From positions 100,147-164,146 of the IMG/VR virus record IMGVR_UViG_3300042870_001427: DNA of 64,000 nucleotides. One strand, written 5' to 3'. Position 1 is the first letter of the stretch. Each line of letters begins with the position of its first letter. Source of the DNA: a virus. Lineage: Duplodnaviria > Heunggongvirae > Uroviricota > Caudoviricetes. The notes beneath the pieces were generated by a model. That model was not told the origin of the DNA and did no database searches. It was given only the letters and a program-made list of their open reading frames with translations. Shown here one piece after another: positions 47,690 through 55,872 of this stretch. A program made the position numbers and the translations under genes.

Positions 47690-48196
47690 ATGTGCATGTT
47701 TGAGATTTGTAATACTGATAAATGGGTTGCTACTGGCATCTATGCTTCAGGCTTTGCCTATTATAATAAGCAATTGAAGGGCAAGACAGCGTTTGCTGCC
47801 CAGATTATCTCTAAGACTCTGCCTGAGTTTAGAAAACTCCTTAATATCCCTAAGGATGTTGTATTTCGCATTGCACCCATCAAGGGTAAGGCGCTGGGTC
47901 GATATAACTCTACCGATCGAATTGCTGTCATTGATCCTCGTCAGGATTTCTTCTCCTTACTTAACTGCATTGCCCATGAGTTGGTGCATGCCGAGCAATA
48001 CCATGAGAATCGATTAGACATTACCTATGTCAGGGGCAAGGGCTATCTTCATATGTGGAATGGTGATAAGATTAATAACAAAGGCACTACCTATAAAGCC
48101 TATCGTAACCAGCCTTGGGAGATAGAGGCATTCTCCCGTCAAGCATCACTAGCCGAAAAGGTATCTGATGCCTTAGATCTTCAAACTACATCTTGA
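47690..48196 (+). CDS. Putative zinc metallopeptidase (HExxH; SprT/WLM-like).
   Basis: CIAHELVHAEQYH contains the HExxH motif. Size is 168 aa. Confidence 0.45.
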   Translation: MCMFEICNTDKWVATGIYASGFAYYNKQLKGKTAFAAQIISKTLPEFRKLLNIPKDVVFRIAPIKGKALGRYNSTDRIAVIDPRQDFFSLLNCIAHELVHAEQYHENRLDITYVRGKGYLHMWNGDKINNKGTTYKAYRNQPWEIEAFSRQASLAEKVSDALDLQTTS

Positions 48197-48232
48197 TAAA
48201 TATCTTATCGATTTATAGTAAGAAGGATAGGT

Positions 48233-49537
48233 ATGAATCCATACGAACCACTTGAAGAAGAAAAAGATTACTCTAAACCAATCAACTCATTGAAAGATAA
48301 GTTGATGGCGATGAAGAAAGATCTATCAACTGTTACTAAGGCCCATGCCAAGATGGCCAAGGAAGAGGAGAAGGAAAAGGATAAGATGAATCAGGCACCA
48401 ACTCCTGAAGACCATCAAGCCGCCCTATCTCATTTCAAGAATCAGTACATGAACGCCAAGAGAAACAAGGATGATGCTGGGGCCACAGATGCTGCCAGAG
48501 GCTATCATGACTATTCCAACAAACTGGCCGATATCTATCAAAGAAAACTAAAGGAAGACATGAATAATCCTTATTCGAACCAATATAGCTTAGATGAGGC
48601 AGTCACTGTCGATAAGAAGAAATACTCCTGGGGCAAGATGGTAACTGTCCATCGCGGGAGTGATACCTCCTTCCCATTGCATCCAGAGCACCAAGCGGCC
48701 ATCAAGAAGTTAAGACCTGGTATGAAGACCACATTCAAAGACGAGACCGGGCGTCAAATTCATGCCCATCGTGAAGGTGATGATGTTCATTTAGTTCATC
48801 ACAACACCGGCTCTAGTACTGCCAAGAAGACTACAGTAGGATATCATCACTTTGATGAAGGTTACACCGAGGATGATATTGCTAGAGGGGGGACGGTGAT
48901 CTATAAGCATGGTGGGAAGCACTACATGTCCAAGGTATCCCACATGACCGGGGGCGGGGCAGGTACAAAGATCCATACCACATCTAAACTTGGTCACGAG
49001 GTCAAACTCAATCATGTAGTCTCTACTGATGCCTCCGATTGGAAAAGGTTTAAGGACAAGACAGTAAACGAGGCCAAGGATCCTGGGGAATATGACCAGG
49101 AAGGTGACATGGCCATGACCCAGTTAAGAAGCATTGCCTATCATGCCAAACAATTGCATGATCAACTAAAACCAAACGACAATCTACCTGAATGGGTACA
49201 ATCCAAGATTACTCTTGCCCAAGACTATATGCAAACGGCCCATGACTACATGGTGTCACAGATGAATGAGGGAGCATATGAGGGGGATCGTGCCAATAAA
49301 TTGGTTAAGCATTCCCAGGAGCTGTTCAACAAGTCTAAGACAGAGGCCGATCCAGATAAAAAAGCACATTTACAGAAGATGTCTTCAAAGGCCCATAAGA
49401 TCTACGGCAAGGCTGTTGCCCAGCATTTCAAGAGAAAGCCTGAAGAATACGAGAAGTTCAAGGCACACATCATGTCTTCGGCCGCAGTTGATTACAACAA
49501 ACCTGCCAGAATGGGTGGGAACTGGACAGGGGACTGA
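48233..49537 (+). CDS. His/Lys-rich hypothetical protein (434 aa).
   Basis: Long ORF with AAGGATAGG ribosome-binding site. Low-complexity, K/H/D-rich composition. Confidence 0.5.
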   Translation: MNPYEPLEEEKDYSKPINSLKDKLMAMKKDLSTVTKAHAKMAKEEEKEKDKMNQAPTPEDHQAALSHFKNQYMNAKRNKDDAGATDAARGYHDYSNKLADIYQRKLKEDMNNPYSNQYSLDEAVTVDKKKYSWGKMVTVHRGSDTSFPLHPEHQAAIKKLRPGMKTTFKDETGRQIHAHREGDDVHLVHHNTGSSTAKKTTVGYHHFDEGYTEDDIARGGTVIYKHGGKHYMSKVSHMTGGGAGTKIHTTSKLGHEVKLNHVVSTDASDWKRFKDKTVNEAKDPGEYDQEGDMAMTQLRSIAYHAKQLHDQLKPNDNLPEWVQSKITLAQDYMQTAHDYMVSQMNEGAYEGDRANKLVKHSQELFNKSKTEADPDKKAHLQKMSSKAHKIYGKAVAQHFKRKPEEYEKFKAHIMSSAAVDYNKPARMGGNWTGD

Positions 49538-49538
49538 T

Positions 49539-49967
49539 ATGATATCGTTCAAAGATTTTTTAGAAGAGAAGATAGGCTTGTGGGACAGGATACATGCCAA
49601 GCGTGCACGCATCAAAGCCGGTTCTGGTGAAAGGATGAGGAAACCTGGATCGGAAGGCGCCCCAACCAAACAAAACTTCATTGATGCCCAGGAATCGGCG
49701 GCATGGCAGAGAAAAGAGGGCAAATCAGAATCTGGTGGTCTCAATCAAAAGGGCATTGCCTCGTACAGAAGAGAGAACCCGGGGTCAAAACTTTCAATGG
49801 CGGTAACGACCAAGCCTTCTAAACTTAAGAAAGACTCAAAGGCGGCTAATAGAAGGAAATCATTCTGTGCTAGAATGGGTGGGATGAAGAGATCGAGAAC
49901 TAGTGCAAAGACGGCCAGAGACCCTGATTCAAGAATCAACAAAGCACTAAGGAAATGGAATTGTTAA
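49539..49967 (+). CDS. Basic (Arg/Lys-rich) hypothetical protein (~142 aa).
   Basis: Coupled through TGATATGATA. It is the 3' part of track ORF 49266..49967; the upstream part of that frame overlaps the 434-aa gene and is judged noncoding. Confidence 0.4.
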   Translation: MISFKDFLEEKIGLWDRIHAKRARIKAGSGERMRKPGSEGAPTKQNFIDAQESAAWQRKEGKSESGGLNQKGIASYRRENPGSKLSMAVTTKPSKLKKDSKAANRRKSFCARMGGMKRSRTSAKTARDPDSRINKALRKWNC

Positions 49968-50152
49968 GTTTCAAACAATTCAACGAGAACTTCCAAGACG
50001 GAAGAAACCCCCAGGACAAGGGCGATATGGGAAGGCATGGACTGAGGGGCAAATCTATCTCTCAATTGAAGAAGATAAGATCATCATCAAATGCCTCACC
50101 AAGAAAGAAACAACTCGCCCATTGGTACATCAACATGCATTCTAAAGACTGA
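49955..50152 (+). CDS. Small basic hypothetical protein (65 aa).
   Basis: ORF overlapping the preceding stop. Confidence 0.3.
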   Translation: MELLSFKQFNENFQDGRNPQDKGDMGRHGLRGKSISQLKKIRSSSNASPRKKQLAHWYINMHSKD

Positions 50153-50669
50153 ACATCTTACCAAACTCCAAATCAGGATTGCGCCCCCATAGCATTCCTT
50201 CAGGCAGTATCTCTTTGCGATACTCCTTCCCAGTAATAGGATCATAACACCATTTCTTTCCAACATTACGTTTATGGCCGGTTGCACGTAAGGCCATAAC
50301 GTTACGTGTGTTCACGGAATGTCTTTTGCCGGTATGATTACCTCTTTTGCCGGTCTTACCCTCACTTATACGTTTTTTCTGATGTTCAGATAATGGACGA
50401 CCGGCACGGGTCTTAGACATCATAGAACGGTATAATAACTTCTGTTCTTCAGTAAAATACTTCCACCCCATCTTCTTCTTTATCTTATAGTCCAGTATGA
50501 CGTCCTCGGTACGATACTGTTTCTTCATCTTGTTGATGATGGGGGTAAGGTTGGAATCATCTTTGACAAAGGCAATCTGTTCAAAGGACGAACCATACTT
50601 GGCTTTAAACTCCTTATCAGATTGATTGTATACAACGATAGTGTTGTTGTGAAAGAACAGCTTAAACAT
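50142..50669 (-). mobile_element. Free-standing homing-endonuclease-like gene (NUMOD3-type DNA-binding repeats), opposite strand.
   Basis: SEHQKKRISEGKTGKRGNHTGKRHSVNTRNV and GHKRNVGKKWCYDPITGKEYR resemble NUMOD3/NUMOD1 modules of seg/mob-type HEGs. It is the only minus-strand gene in the window, in an intergenic position. The catalytic motif was not recognised. Confidence 0.5.
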
Positions 50670-50832
50670 GGGGCTCCCAATGATTAGATATAGGTTTATA
50701 TAGGGGAAGAACTATTTGGAGTAAAATTAAAAAGAGTTTTACGATGCAAAACGGATATTTTGCGATGCAAAACGTAAAGAACGCAGGAAAGGGGTAACTA
50801 GTTCATTTGCATAAGGGCCTGCAACATTTCGC

Positions 50833-50861
50833 TTGACTTAATTTCCGAATATTACTACAAT
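50833..50861 (+). promoter_or_regulatory. Early sigma70-like promoter cassette (TTGACT-N17-TACAAT) with conserved leader.
   Basis: gcTTGACTtaatttccgaatattacTACAATagggCATCAACAGGAGgaaac…ATG. Member of a repeated promoter family. Confidence 0.6.
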
Positions 50862-50887
50862 AGGGCATCAACAGGAGGAAACACGAC

Positions 50888-51193
50888 ATGTTTAAGCGTA
50901 TGAAGGATGAGTATCTGCCTACCGGGCTTTGGTTTGAATTGCCTACTGTGACCAATGCTATGGTCAGGGCCAAGTTCGGTACCGGGATGGTTAGTCAAGA
51001 CCGGGAGAAGTACAGTGATAGCATTCAGATCAAATCCGATATGACCGGGGTGAAGTACTCACTCTACAAATGCTATGGGGTTTGGCGGGTTGGCCGTGTT
51101 GCCGGTACCGGTAATGCCACCCAGGAGGCCTTTGATCGTGCTGAAATCCATAAGTTGTTTGGGGTTGAAGAAGTAACCAGTAATAGTTACTGA
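50888..51193 (+). CDS. Hypothetical early protein (101 aa).
   Basis: Sits downstream of the promoter cassette and shared leader. Confidence 0.45.
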   Translation: MFKRMKDEYLPTGLWFELPTVTNAMVRAKFGTGMVSQDREKYSDSIQIKSDMTGVKYSLYKCYGVWRVGRVAGTGNATQEAFDRAEIHKLFGVEEVTSNSY

Positions 51194-51220
51194 AATATCG
51201 GTTGACTTAATTACGGAATA
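51192..51220 (+). promoter_or_regulatory. Early promoter cassette (TTGACT-N17-TATAAT).
   Basis: gTTGACTtaattacggaatattacTATAATtggtaCATCAACAGGAGAAAAC. Confidence 0.6.
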
Positions 51221-51229
51221 TTACTATAA

Positions 51230-52141
51230 TTGGTACATCAACAGGAGAAAACAAAGATGCATCAGCTCAAACAAGTCAACGGTTACTATGTTGGTTACAT
51301 CAACGGGGAAGAAGTAGTGAAGTCTAAGTCTAAGTACTACGCCGAGAGAAAGCTTTATAACACCTCGGCTCCGGCTTTCAAGGCACCGGAGACTGTTGTC
51401 GAATCTGCAGTCGAATTCCCCATTAACCAACGCTTTGGCTTTGTTACCGATCTGGTCTCTATGGTGGCCAATGGTGCGACTCCTTCCTGCATCGTATCCG
51501 GTGAAGGCGGCCTGGGCAAGACCTTTACCGTGATCCAGGCACTCGAGGCCGCCGGTCTTCGCAACATCACCGAAGTCCCTGTTGGTGAGGTGGTGCCTCC
51601 GAAGTCTACCTACCGGGTGGTTAAGGGCTACAGTACTCCTAAGGGTCTCTATCGCATCTTGGCCGAAAACGCCAATTCAATCATCGTGTTTGACGATTGT
51701 GATAGCGTACTGAAGGATGACAATGCCCTGAACATCCTGAAGGGTGCTTTGGATACCTTTGATAAACGCATCATCTCCTGGAACTCTTCTAAAGACGAGG
51801 ACGATGTGCCCCGTTGGTTCCAGTTCAAGGGTGGCATCATCTTCATCTCCAACATGCCTCTCCATAAGATGGAACAGGCCGTTCGTTCACGCGCCATGTG
51901 TGTTGATCTCTCTATGACCCTGTCCCAGAAGATCGAACGTATGGCCGTTATCATGAATGATGATGGGTTTATGCCTGAGGTTGCCATGTCGGTGAAGAAG
52001 GCGGCCTTGGCCTTGGTTGATGAACTGAAGGAGAAATCCAAAGAAGTTAGCCTTCGTACGCTGATCAAGACGGCAAAGATTGCCAACTCCAAGTCTGCCA
52101 ATTGGAAGTCCTTGGCCGAATACATGCTGATTCAGGGCTAA
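51230..52141 (+). CDS. P-loop ATPase (Walker A + B), function unknown.
   Basis: Walker A motif VSGEGGLGKTFTV and Walker B motif SIIVFDDCDS are present. Size is 303 aa. Confidence 0.5.
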   Translation: MVHQQEKTKMHQLKQVNGYYVGYINGEEVVKSKSKYYAERKLYNTSAPAFKAPETVVESAVEFPINQRFGFVTDLVSMVANGATPSCIVSGEGGLGKTFTVIQALEAAGLRNITEVPVGEVVPPKSTYRVVKGYSTPKGLYRILAENANSIIVFDDCDSVLKDDNALNILKGALDTFDKRIISWNSSKDEDDVPRWFQFKGGIIFISNMPLHKMEQAVRSRAMCVDLSMTLSQKIERMAVIMNDDGFMPEVAMSVKKAALALVDELKEKSKEVSLRTLIKTAKIANSKSANWKSLAEYMLIQG

Positions 52142-52158
52142 ATTTTGCATCGTAAAAC

Positions 52159-52176
52159 GTAACTAGGAATAGTTAC
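52159..52176 (+). promoter_or_regulatory. Conserved palindrome GTAACTA-N4-TAGTTAC upstream of an early promoter; terminator-like stem-loop or operator.
   Basis: GTAACTAggaaTAGTTAC followed by TTTTTTT, then the -35 box. Copies recur at 52801, 53642, 56039 and 63927. Confidence 0.45.
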
Positions 52177-52186
52177 TTTTTTTCAG

Positions 52187-52215
52187 TTGACTTTATTACG
52201 GAATATGTCTATAAT
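52187..52215 (+). promoter_or_regulatory. Early promoter cassette (TTGACT-N17-TATAAT).
   Basis: agTTGACTttattacggaatatgtcTATAATaagaCATCAACAGGAGAAAAC. Confidence 0.6.
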
Positions 52216-52239
52216 AAGACATCAACAGGAGAAAACGAT

Positions 52240-52497
52240 ATGAAAGAACTCAAAGAATACGTAGATCAAAAGAACCCGTGGAAGGGGATCTTCGAGAACA
52301 AAGGCCTGAACCTTGCATCCGCTGTAGACCGCCAGAGCATTGCCGATATGATCGACTCAGACCTGTCTCCGGAGAACATCACATGCAATGGCTGGCGCAC
52401 CCGTAGCATGGTGATTGCCCGTCGCAAGCAACTGACCATTATTGCAAAGCAACTCTTGGCACTAGACCCCAGCGTTAAGTTCTACGAATTCGCTTAA
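52240..52497 (+). CDS. Hypothetical early protein (85 aa).
   Basis: Sits downstream of the cassette. Confidence 0.45.
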   Translation: MKELKEYVDQKNPWKGIFENKGLNLASAVDRQSIADMIDSDLSPENITCNGWRTRSMVIARRKQLTIIAKQLLALDPSVKFYEFA

Positions 52498-52583
52498 GGA
52501 AACAACATGGATATGATCGATTTGGCCACCATTGCTTTTGCCCTCGTAGGCATTGTGTACTTGATTGTTGAAGGAGAACTGTT

Positions 52584-52805
52584 ATGAATGACGTATCTGC
52601 TTGTGTGTTCAGTGATATGCGATACACGTTGATTGAGATGGGGGAGCGGGCTGCTGATGACATCTCTGCTGACGTCTTCCATGTGATGGCCGATAGCCTC
52701 CTCTACCCCCCTGCAACCAATGGGGAATGGGGTGGGTGGACGGCCAAGGATATCGCCGATTTCGAACGCTATAATGACCAATCCAGTGAGTTCGATCCTA
52801 CGTAA
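52584..52805 (+). CDS. Hypothetical acidic protein (73 aa).
   Basis: Coupled ORF with GGAGAA upstream. Confidence 0.4.
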   Translation: MNDVSACVFSDMRYTLIEMGERAADDISADVFHVMADSLLYPPATNGEWGGWTAKDIADFERYNDQSSEFDPT

Positions 52806-52849
52806 CTATAACTAGTTACATTTTGCATCGTAAAACGTGCAAAATAACG

Positions 52850-52878
52850 GTTGACTTTATTACGTAGCTGGACTATAA
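52850..52878 (+). promoter_or_regulatory. Early promoter cassette.
   Basis: gTTGACTttattacgtagctggacTATAATtggaCATCAACAGGAGAAAAC. It is preceded by the palindrome GTAACTAtaacTAGTTAC at 52801-52818. Confidence 0.6.
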
Positions 52879-52903
52879 TTGGACATCAACAGGAGAAAAC
52901 GAT

Positions 52904-53179
52904 ATGACAGAATTCGAAACCAAGTGCTACGGGATGTCCGAGGCCGATATCCGCGAACAGTACATCCATAGCATCACCGCCCGCTTCAGCGGAATTGAGA
53001 TGGTGGTGATGGGTTTGTTGTCCGATGCCCAGGAGCTGCTGACCTTTGGTCATGCCCAGGCCCTGGACCAGTCTCGGAAGAACATGAACATTGCCAAATT
53101 CATCTTGTCTGATATGATGGAGCAACGTGATGAGTTGCTTGCAAACAATGCCCGCAAATCACATAAGGTGGCAAAATGA
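52904..53179 (+). CDS. Hypothetical early protein (91 aa).
   Basis: Sits downstream of the cassette. Confidence 0.45.
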   Translation: MTEFETKCYGMSEADIREQYIHSITARFSGIEMVVMGLLSDAQELLTFGHAQALDQSRKNMNIAKFILSDMMEQRDELLANNARKSHKVAK

Positions 53180-53346
53180 GTAGAATGGCTGAATTGTATC
53201 AGGACATGGTGGACATGATAGAGGGTGGGGTTGATTCTACAGAGATCGCCTATGACCTGGAGTGTAGGTTTGGTGTGCCATTTCTGGACGGTATAGCGAT
53301 GGCCGAACGTTTGGCTGCCGAAATCAAATCATTGGAGGATATATGA
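53176..53346 (+). CDS. Small hypothetical protein (~56 aa), translationally coupled.
   Basis: ATGA overlaps at both ends (53176 and 53343). Below the 60-aa cut-off of the ORF track. Confidence 0.3.
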   Translation: MSRMAELYQDMVDMIEGGVDSTEIAYDLECRFGVPFLDGIAMAERLAAEIKSLEDI

Positions 53347-53633
53347 GATTTGGATTTAACGACTATTGTGATCAGGTCCAGCGCCTGATTGATGCCTGCA
53401 TCGCCGAATCTGTGGACTTGGTAGAATGCATGGATGAGGATAGCCCAGAAAATGAGGTGGAGAACCGCACCCGTGCCCAATACCGTAAGATGATTAGTGA
53501 TACCGCAGTTGATTGCTTTAAGCGTGCCCTGGATCCAGAAGACTATGATACGGTGACGATACCTGATACTCTCATCTTGGCCATCTTTGACCGGGTTAAG
53601 GTAGGGGTGGCCCTTCGTGCGTACGTTTTATAA
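53343..53633 (+). CDS. Hypothetical protein (96 aa).
   Basis: Coupled ORF. Confidence 0.45.
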   Translation: MRFGFNDYCDQVQRLIDACIAESVDLVECMDEDSPENEVENRTRAQYRKMISDTAVDCFKRALDPEDYDTVTIPDTLILAIFDRVKVGVALRAYVL

Positions 53634-53670
53634 TGCAAAACGTAACTAGTATTAGTTACTAAAATAACAG

Positions 53671-53699
53671 TTGACTTTATTACGGATATTGACTATAAT
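53671..53699 (+). promoter_or_regulatory. Early promoter cassette, preceded by the palindrome at 53642-53659.
   Basis: agTTGACTttattacggatattgacTATAATtacgtATG. The -10 box lies only 5 nt before ATG 53705. Confidence 0.55.
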
Positions 53700-53728
53700 T
53701 ACGTATGAACAATGAAAAGGAACAGACC

Positions 53729-54124
53729 ATGAACTACTTCTTCAACGACGTTAAGGTGACTGAGGCTGAGTATCACAAGTTGATCGAAGACGCCGAATCC
53801 CATCACCAGTTGTTGGCTGATGCCAAGGCCAAGCAAGTGGCCGCAGACAAGGAACTGGCCAAGGCAAAACCCAAGGCTAAGTCCCGTAAGGTGGCTAAGA
53901 TGCCTGCCCCGGTGGATCTCAACAAAGTGACCATCAAGGGCATGGCCGATAAGGTGGAGGCTCCTAAGAAAGGCTCCAAAACCGCCGTAGCTGCCGAATG
54001 CATGGTGAAGGTTGGTGTGGAGAACAAGGTCGGATGTGTTGAGGCTATCATGGTGGCCTTGGGTGTTACTAAGGGTAACGCAACCTGCTACTACTTCAAC
54101 GTGATGAAAAAAGGGTTGATTTAA
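53729..54124 (+). CDS. Basic hypothetical protein. The track start 53705 is probably too early; an internal Met at 53729 has a ribosome-binding site.
   Basis: AAAGGAACAGACC-ATG at 53729. The upstream ATG at 53705 sits inside the promoter's transcription-start zone. Confidence 0.4.
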   Translation: MNYFFNDVKVTEAEYHKLIEDAESHHQLLADAKAKQVAADKELAKAKPKAKSRKVAKMPAPVDLNKVTIKGMADKVEAPKKGSKTAVAAECMVKVGVENKVGCVEAIMVALGVTKGNATCYYFNVMKKGLI

Positions 54125-54145
54125 ATAGTAGGATTGGCCTATAAT
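54116..54145 (+). promoter_or_regulatory. Sigma70-like promoter (TTGATT-N18-TATAAT) driving a noncoding region.
   Basis: ggTTGATTtaaatagtaggattggccTATAATaagg. No ribosome-binding site or ORF follows. Confidence 0.5.
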
Positions 54146-54149
54146 AAGG

Positions 54150-54735
54150 CATAGGGTGAGGGGATCGGATCCCCAAGCCGCCAGTTGAAAAATTACTGGC
54201 AACTATAACCCCTGATTCCACGCAGGTTAAGGCGTGGAAGTCCTATCCCAAGGATCACCTAGGCTAGAACCTAGGGCCGATGAGCATCGCAAGCCCTACC
54301 ACGGGTGCCGATGGACGATGAATTTGGGAAGCAGTAGTTAGCAGTGGGAGGTGTAGGCCTAACCAAGTATAGAGATTTTAAGGAGAGGCGCTGCGAGGCG
54401 CGGGCTGCGAAGCTACTCTTAAACGACCTGTAGAACACTCAGGCGTCCTTAATCTGATCCTGTTACCATTTCTCGTTAAAATGGCGTTTGATTAGCGATA
54501 GAGATCCGGTGGCAGAAAACCGTTAGCGAGAGAAATACTCAGACTCTGATAGGCAGAATCCTAACTGCACACAGAATAAAATGGATGGACAGGGTAACCA
54601 CTCAAGTAGGGGCGAACATGGAAAAACGTAGCCTACAACTAACTTTTCGCCATAGGATGTAATGGAGTGCGGTTTGCTTCAACCTCTGGTACCGGGGGTT
54701 ATCTTGCGTGGGTTCGAATCCCACATGGCGAGCCA
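54150..54735 (+). ncRNA. GC-richer structured noncoding RNA region ending in a tRNA-like module.
   Basis: No ORF over ~590 nt. Multiple GC hairpins are present (GGGGATCgGATCCCC, GGCGCTGCGAGGCGCGGGCTGCGAAGC). It is downstream of the promoter and ends with the tRNA-like element. Confidence 0.45.
54647..54735 (+). tRNA. tRNA-like element: 7-bp acceptor helix, canonical T-arm, discriminator and encoded CCA. The D-arm is non-canonical, so a genuine tRNA is unproven.
   Basis: 5' strand TCGCCAT … T-arm GTGGG-TTCGAAT-CCCAC … 3' strand ATGGCGA-G-CCA. A possible anticodon-like hairpin is cCTC-tggtacc-GGGg. Confidence 0.4.
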
Positions 54736-54751
54736 ATACATAGGGATAGAC

Positions 54752-54907
54752 ATGCAGTACATCATTGAATGGATTCTCCGCCTTCTGGGCTGGTGTCTGA
54801 CGGCTGTGGCCCTGTTTGGCATGTCCATCCTCCTCATCGTGCTCGCCGGTATGACGTACGGTGGATACGTGGAATTCATGAAGTACATAAAAATAGTTAC
54901 TTCTTGA
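54752..54907 (+). CDS. Small hydrophobic peptide (~51 aa).
   Basis: MQYIIEWILRLLGWCLTAVALFGMSILLIVLAGM… sits 3' of the tRNA-like element. Its ribosome-binding site (AGGGA) is weak. Confidence 0.25.
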   Translation: MQYIIEWILRLLGWCLTAVALFGMSILLIVLAGMTYGGYVEFMKYIKIVTS

Positions 54908-54910
54908 CCA

Positions 54911-54939
54911 GTTGACTTTATTACGGGTATAGCCTATAA
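54911..54939 (+). promoter_or_regulatory. Early promoter cassette.
   Basis: agTTGACTttattacgggtatagccTATAATaaggCATCAACAGGAGAAAAg. Confidence 0.6.
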
Positions 54940-54965
54940 TAAGGCATCAACAGGAGAAAAGATAG

Positions 54966-55148
54966 ATGAAACCAACTGAACGCTACTTTGATAAGACCCT
55001 CAATGCCTGGGTCAACATCTACGAAGAACAAAAAGTCAAGCGCATTCCTTGGCAAAGGGGTGAGGCCTATCTGGCCATGAAGATGCGCATCCCTTCCGAT
55101 ACCGGCATGATCATGCACCAATTCACTCGTAAAAACGGAAAGTACTGA
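54966..55148 (+). CDS. Hypothetical protein (60 aa).
   Basis: Sits downstream of the cassette. Confidence 0.4.
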   Translation: MKPTERYFDKTLNAWVNIYEEQKVKRIPWQRGEAYLAMKMRIPSDTGMIMHQFTRKNGKY

Positions 55149-55149
55149 A

Positions 55150-55323
55150 ATGAATAACCCTATACCTCGTTCGAGTCTCTTTGTGACCCCGGAGTCATTG
55201 GCTGATCTAGATGAGATGATCCGTCAATTGCCTGCCACTGAACGTGCCACCGTATACCAATACGTCATGTTTGCCTTTAACCTTGCCCATAAACTCATTG
55301 AAGAAAGCAAAGAAAATGCCTAA
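55150..55323 (+). CDS. Small hypothetical protein (57 aa).
   Basis: Coupled (TGAAATGA); below the track cut-off. Confidence 0.3.
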   Translation: MNNPIPRSSLFVTPESLADLDEMIRQLPATERATVYQYVMFAFNLAHKLIEESKENA

Positions 55324-55519
55324 TCTAGGACAAAGAGAATACCAAGTACTCATTGACCAGTTCATTGATGCCTCTGTTGCCAAGTATGGATCCCATTCCT
55401 ATGCCGCCGGCTGGTTGGGTGCTACGTTGGCGGCATCCATGGCCCATCCATCCAAGGATTCATCAGACACCGTCACACGATTTTTGTTGAGAGCCATCGA
55501 TGGACTTAAATCGCCATAA
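55316..55519 (+). CDS. Small hypothetical protein (67 aa).
   Basis: Starts at AAAATGCCTAA, overlapping the previous stop. Confidence 0.35.
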   Translation: MPNLGQREYQVLIDQFIDASVAKYGSHSYAAGWLGATLAASMAHPSKDSSDTVTRFLLRAIDGLKSP

Positions 55520-55685
55520 GTGCCAAGTATGTGAACACGAGTACGACGAAGGTGCCAAGGATAAACATGGTCTACCCATGTATACCGATAAGATACCTTC
55601 GTGTCCGGAATGCTGGAACCAGTTTCTACTGAAAATTGGTCATGGTTATATTACTCTAAGGAAAAATGATGAGACAGAAGATTGA
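55500..55685 (+). CDS. Small zinc-ribbon-like protein (61 aa).
   Basis: Contains CQVCEH…CPEC. Confidence 0.4.
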   Translation: MDLNRHKCQVCEHEYDEGAKDKHGLPMYTDKIPSCPECWNQFLLKIGHGYITLRKNDETED

Positions 55686-55872
55686 ATTGACGGAAGAACT
55701 CAAAGAACAGGTGTTTGGCTTTTTGGATGCCTTCCGTGAAACCGGCCATATCAACATGTTCGGTTCCGGCCCCCTGGTCCAGGAGGCGTATGGTGTGGAT
55801 CGCTACCAGGCCAAAGAACTGGTGCTGGAATGGATGGACACCTTTGCCTCACGTCACTATAGTGGTGCATGA
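55666..55872 (+). CDS. Hypothetical protein (68 aa).
   Basis: Coupled ORF. Confidence 0.4.
   Translation: MMRQKIELTEELKEQVFGFLDAFRETGHINMFGSGPLVQEAYGVDRYQAKELVLEWMDTFASRHYSGA

Noticed and set aside
49266-49538. Upstream portion of the 233-aa ORF 49266..49967 overlapping the 434-aa gene.
   Set aside because: It overlaps a better-supported gene in another frame. Only the part downstream of the ATG at 49539 (coupled to the stop at 49537) is retained.
51649-52150. Minus-strand ORFs (158, 62 and 87 aa) inside the P-loop ATPase gene.
   Set aside because: They are antisense to a gene with clear Walker motifs and a promoter cassette. All surrounding genes are on the + strand.
53699-54202. Minus-strand 167-aa ORF opposite gene 53729..54124.
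   Set aside because: It is antisense to a + strand ORF that has a promoter and ribosome-binding site, and carries no signals of its own.
54150-54650. RNase P RNA or a group I/II intron was considered for the GC-rich structured region.
   Set aside because: The conserved P4 (AGGAAAGUCCGGGCUCC-like) and ACAGAAxCCGGCUUA elements are absent. There are no flanking split exons. It is left as an unclassified ncRNA.
54150-54735. A tmRNA (ssrA), including a permuted two-piece form, was considered for the noncoding region with the tRNA-like end.
   Set aside because: The 5' acceptor strand (TCGCCAT) lies only ~80 nt upstream of the T-arm, not at the start of a ~350-nt RNA. No ALAA-type tag ORF with resume codon was found. 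The element is kept as a tRNA-like element or ncRNA pending covariance-model search.
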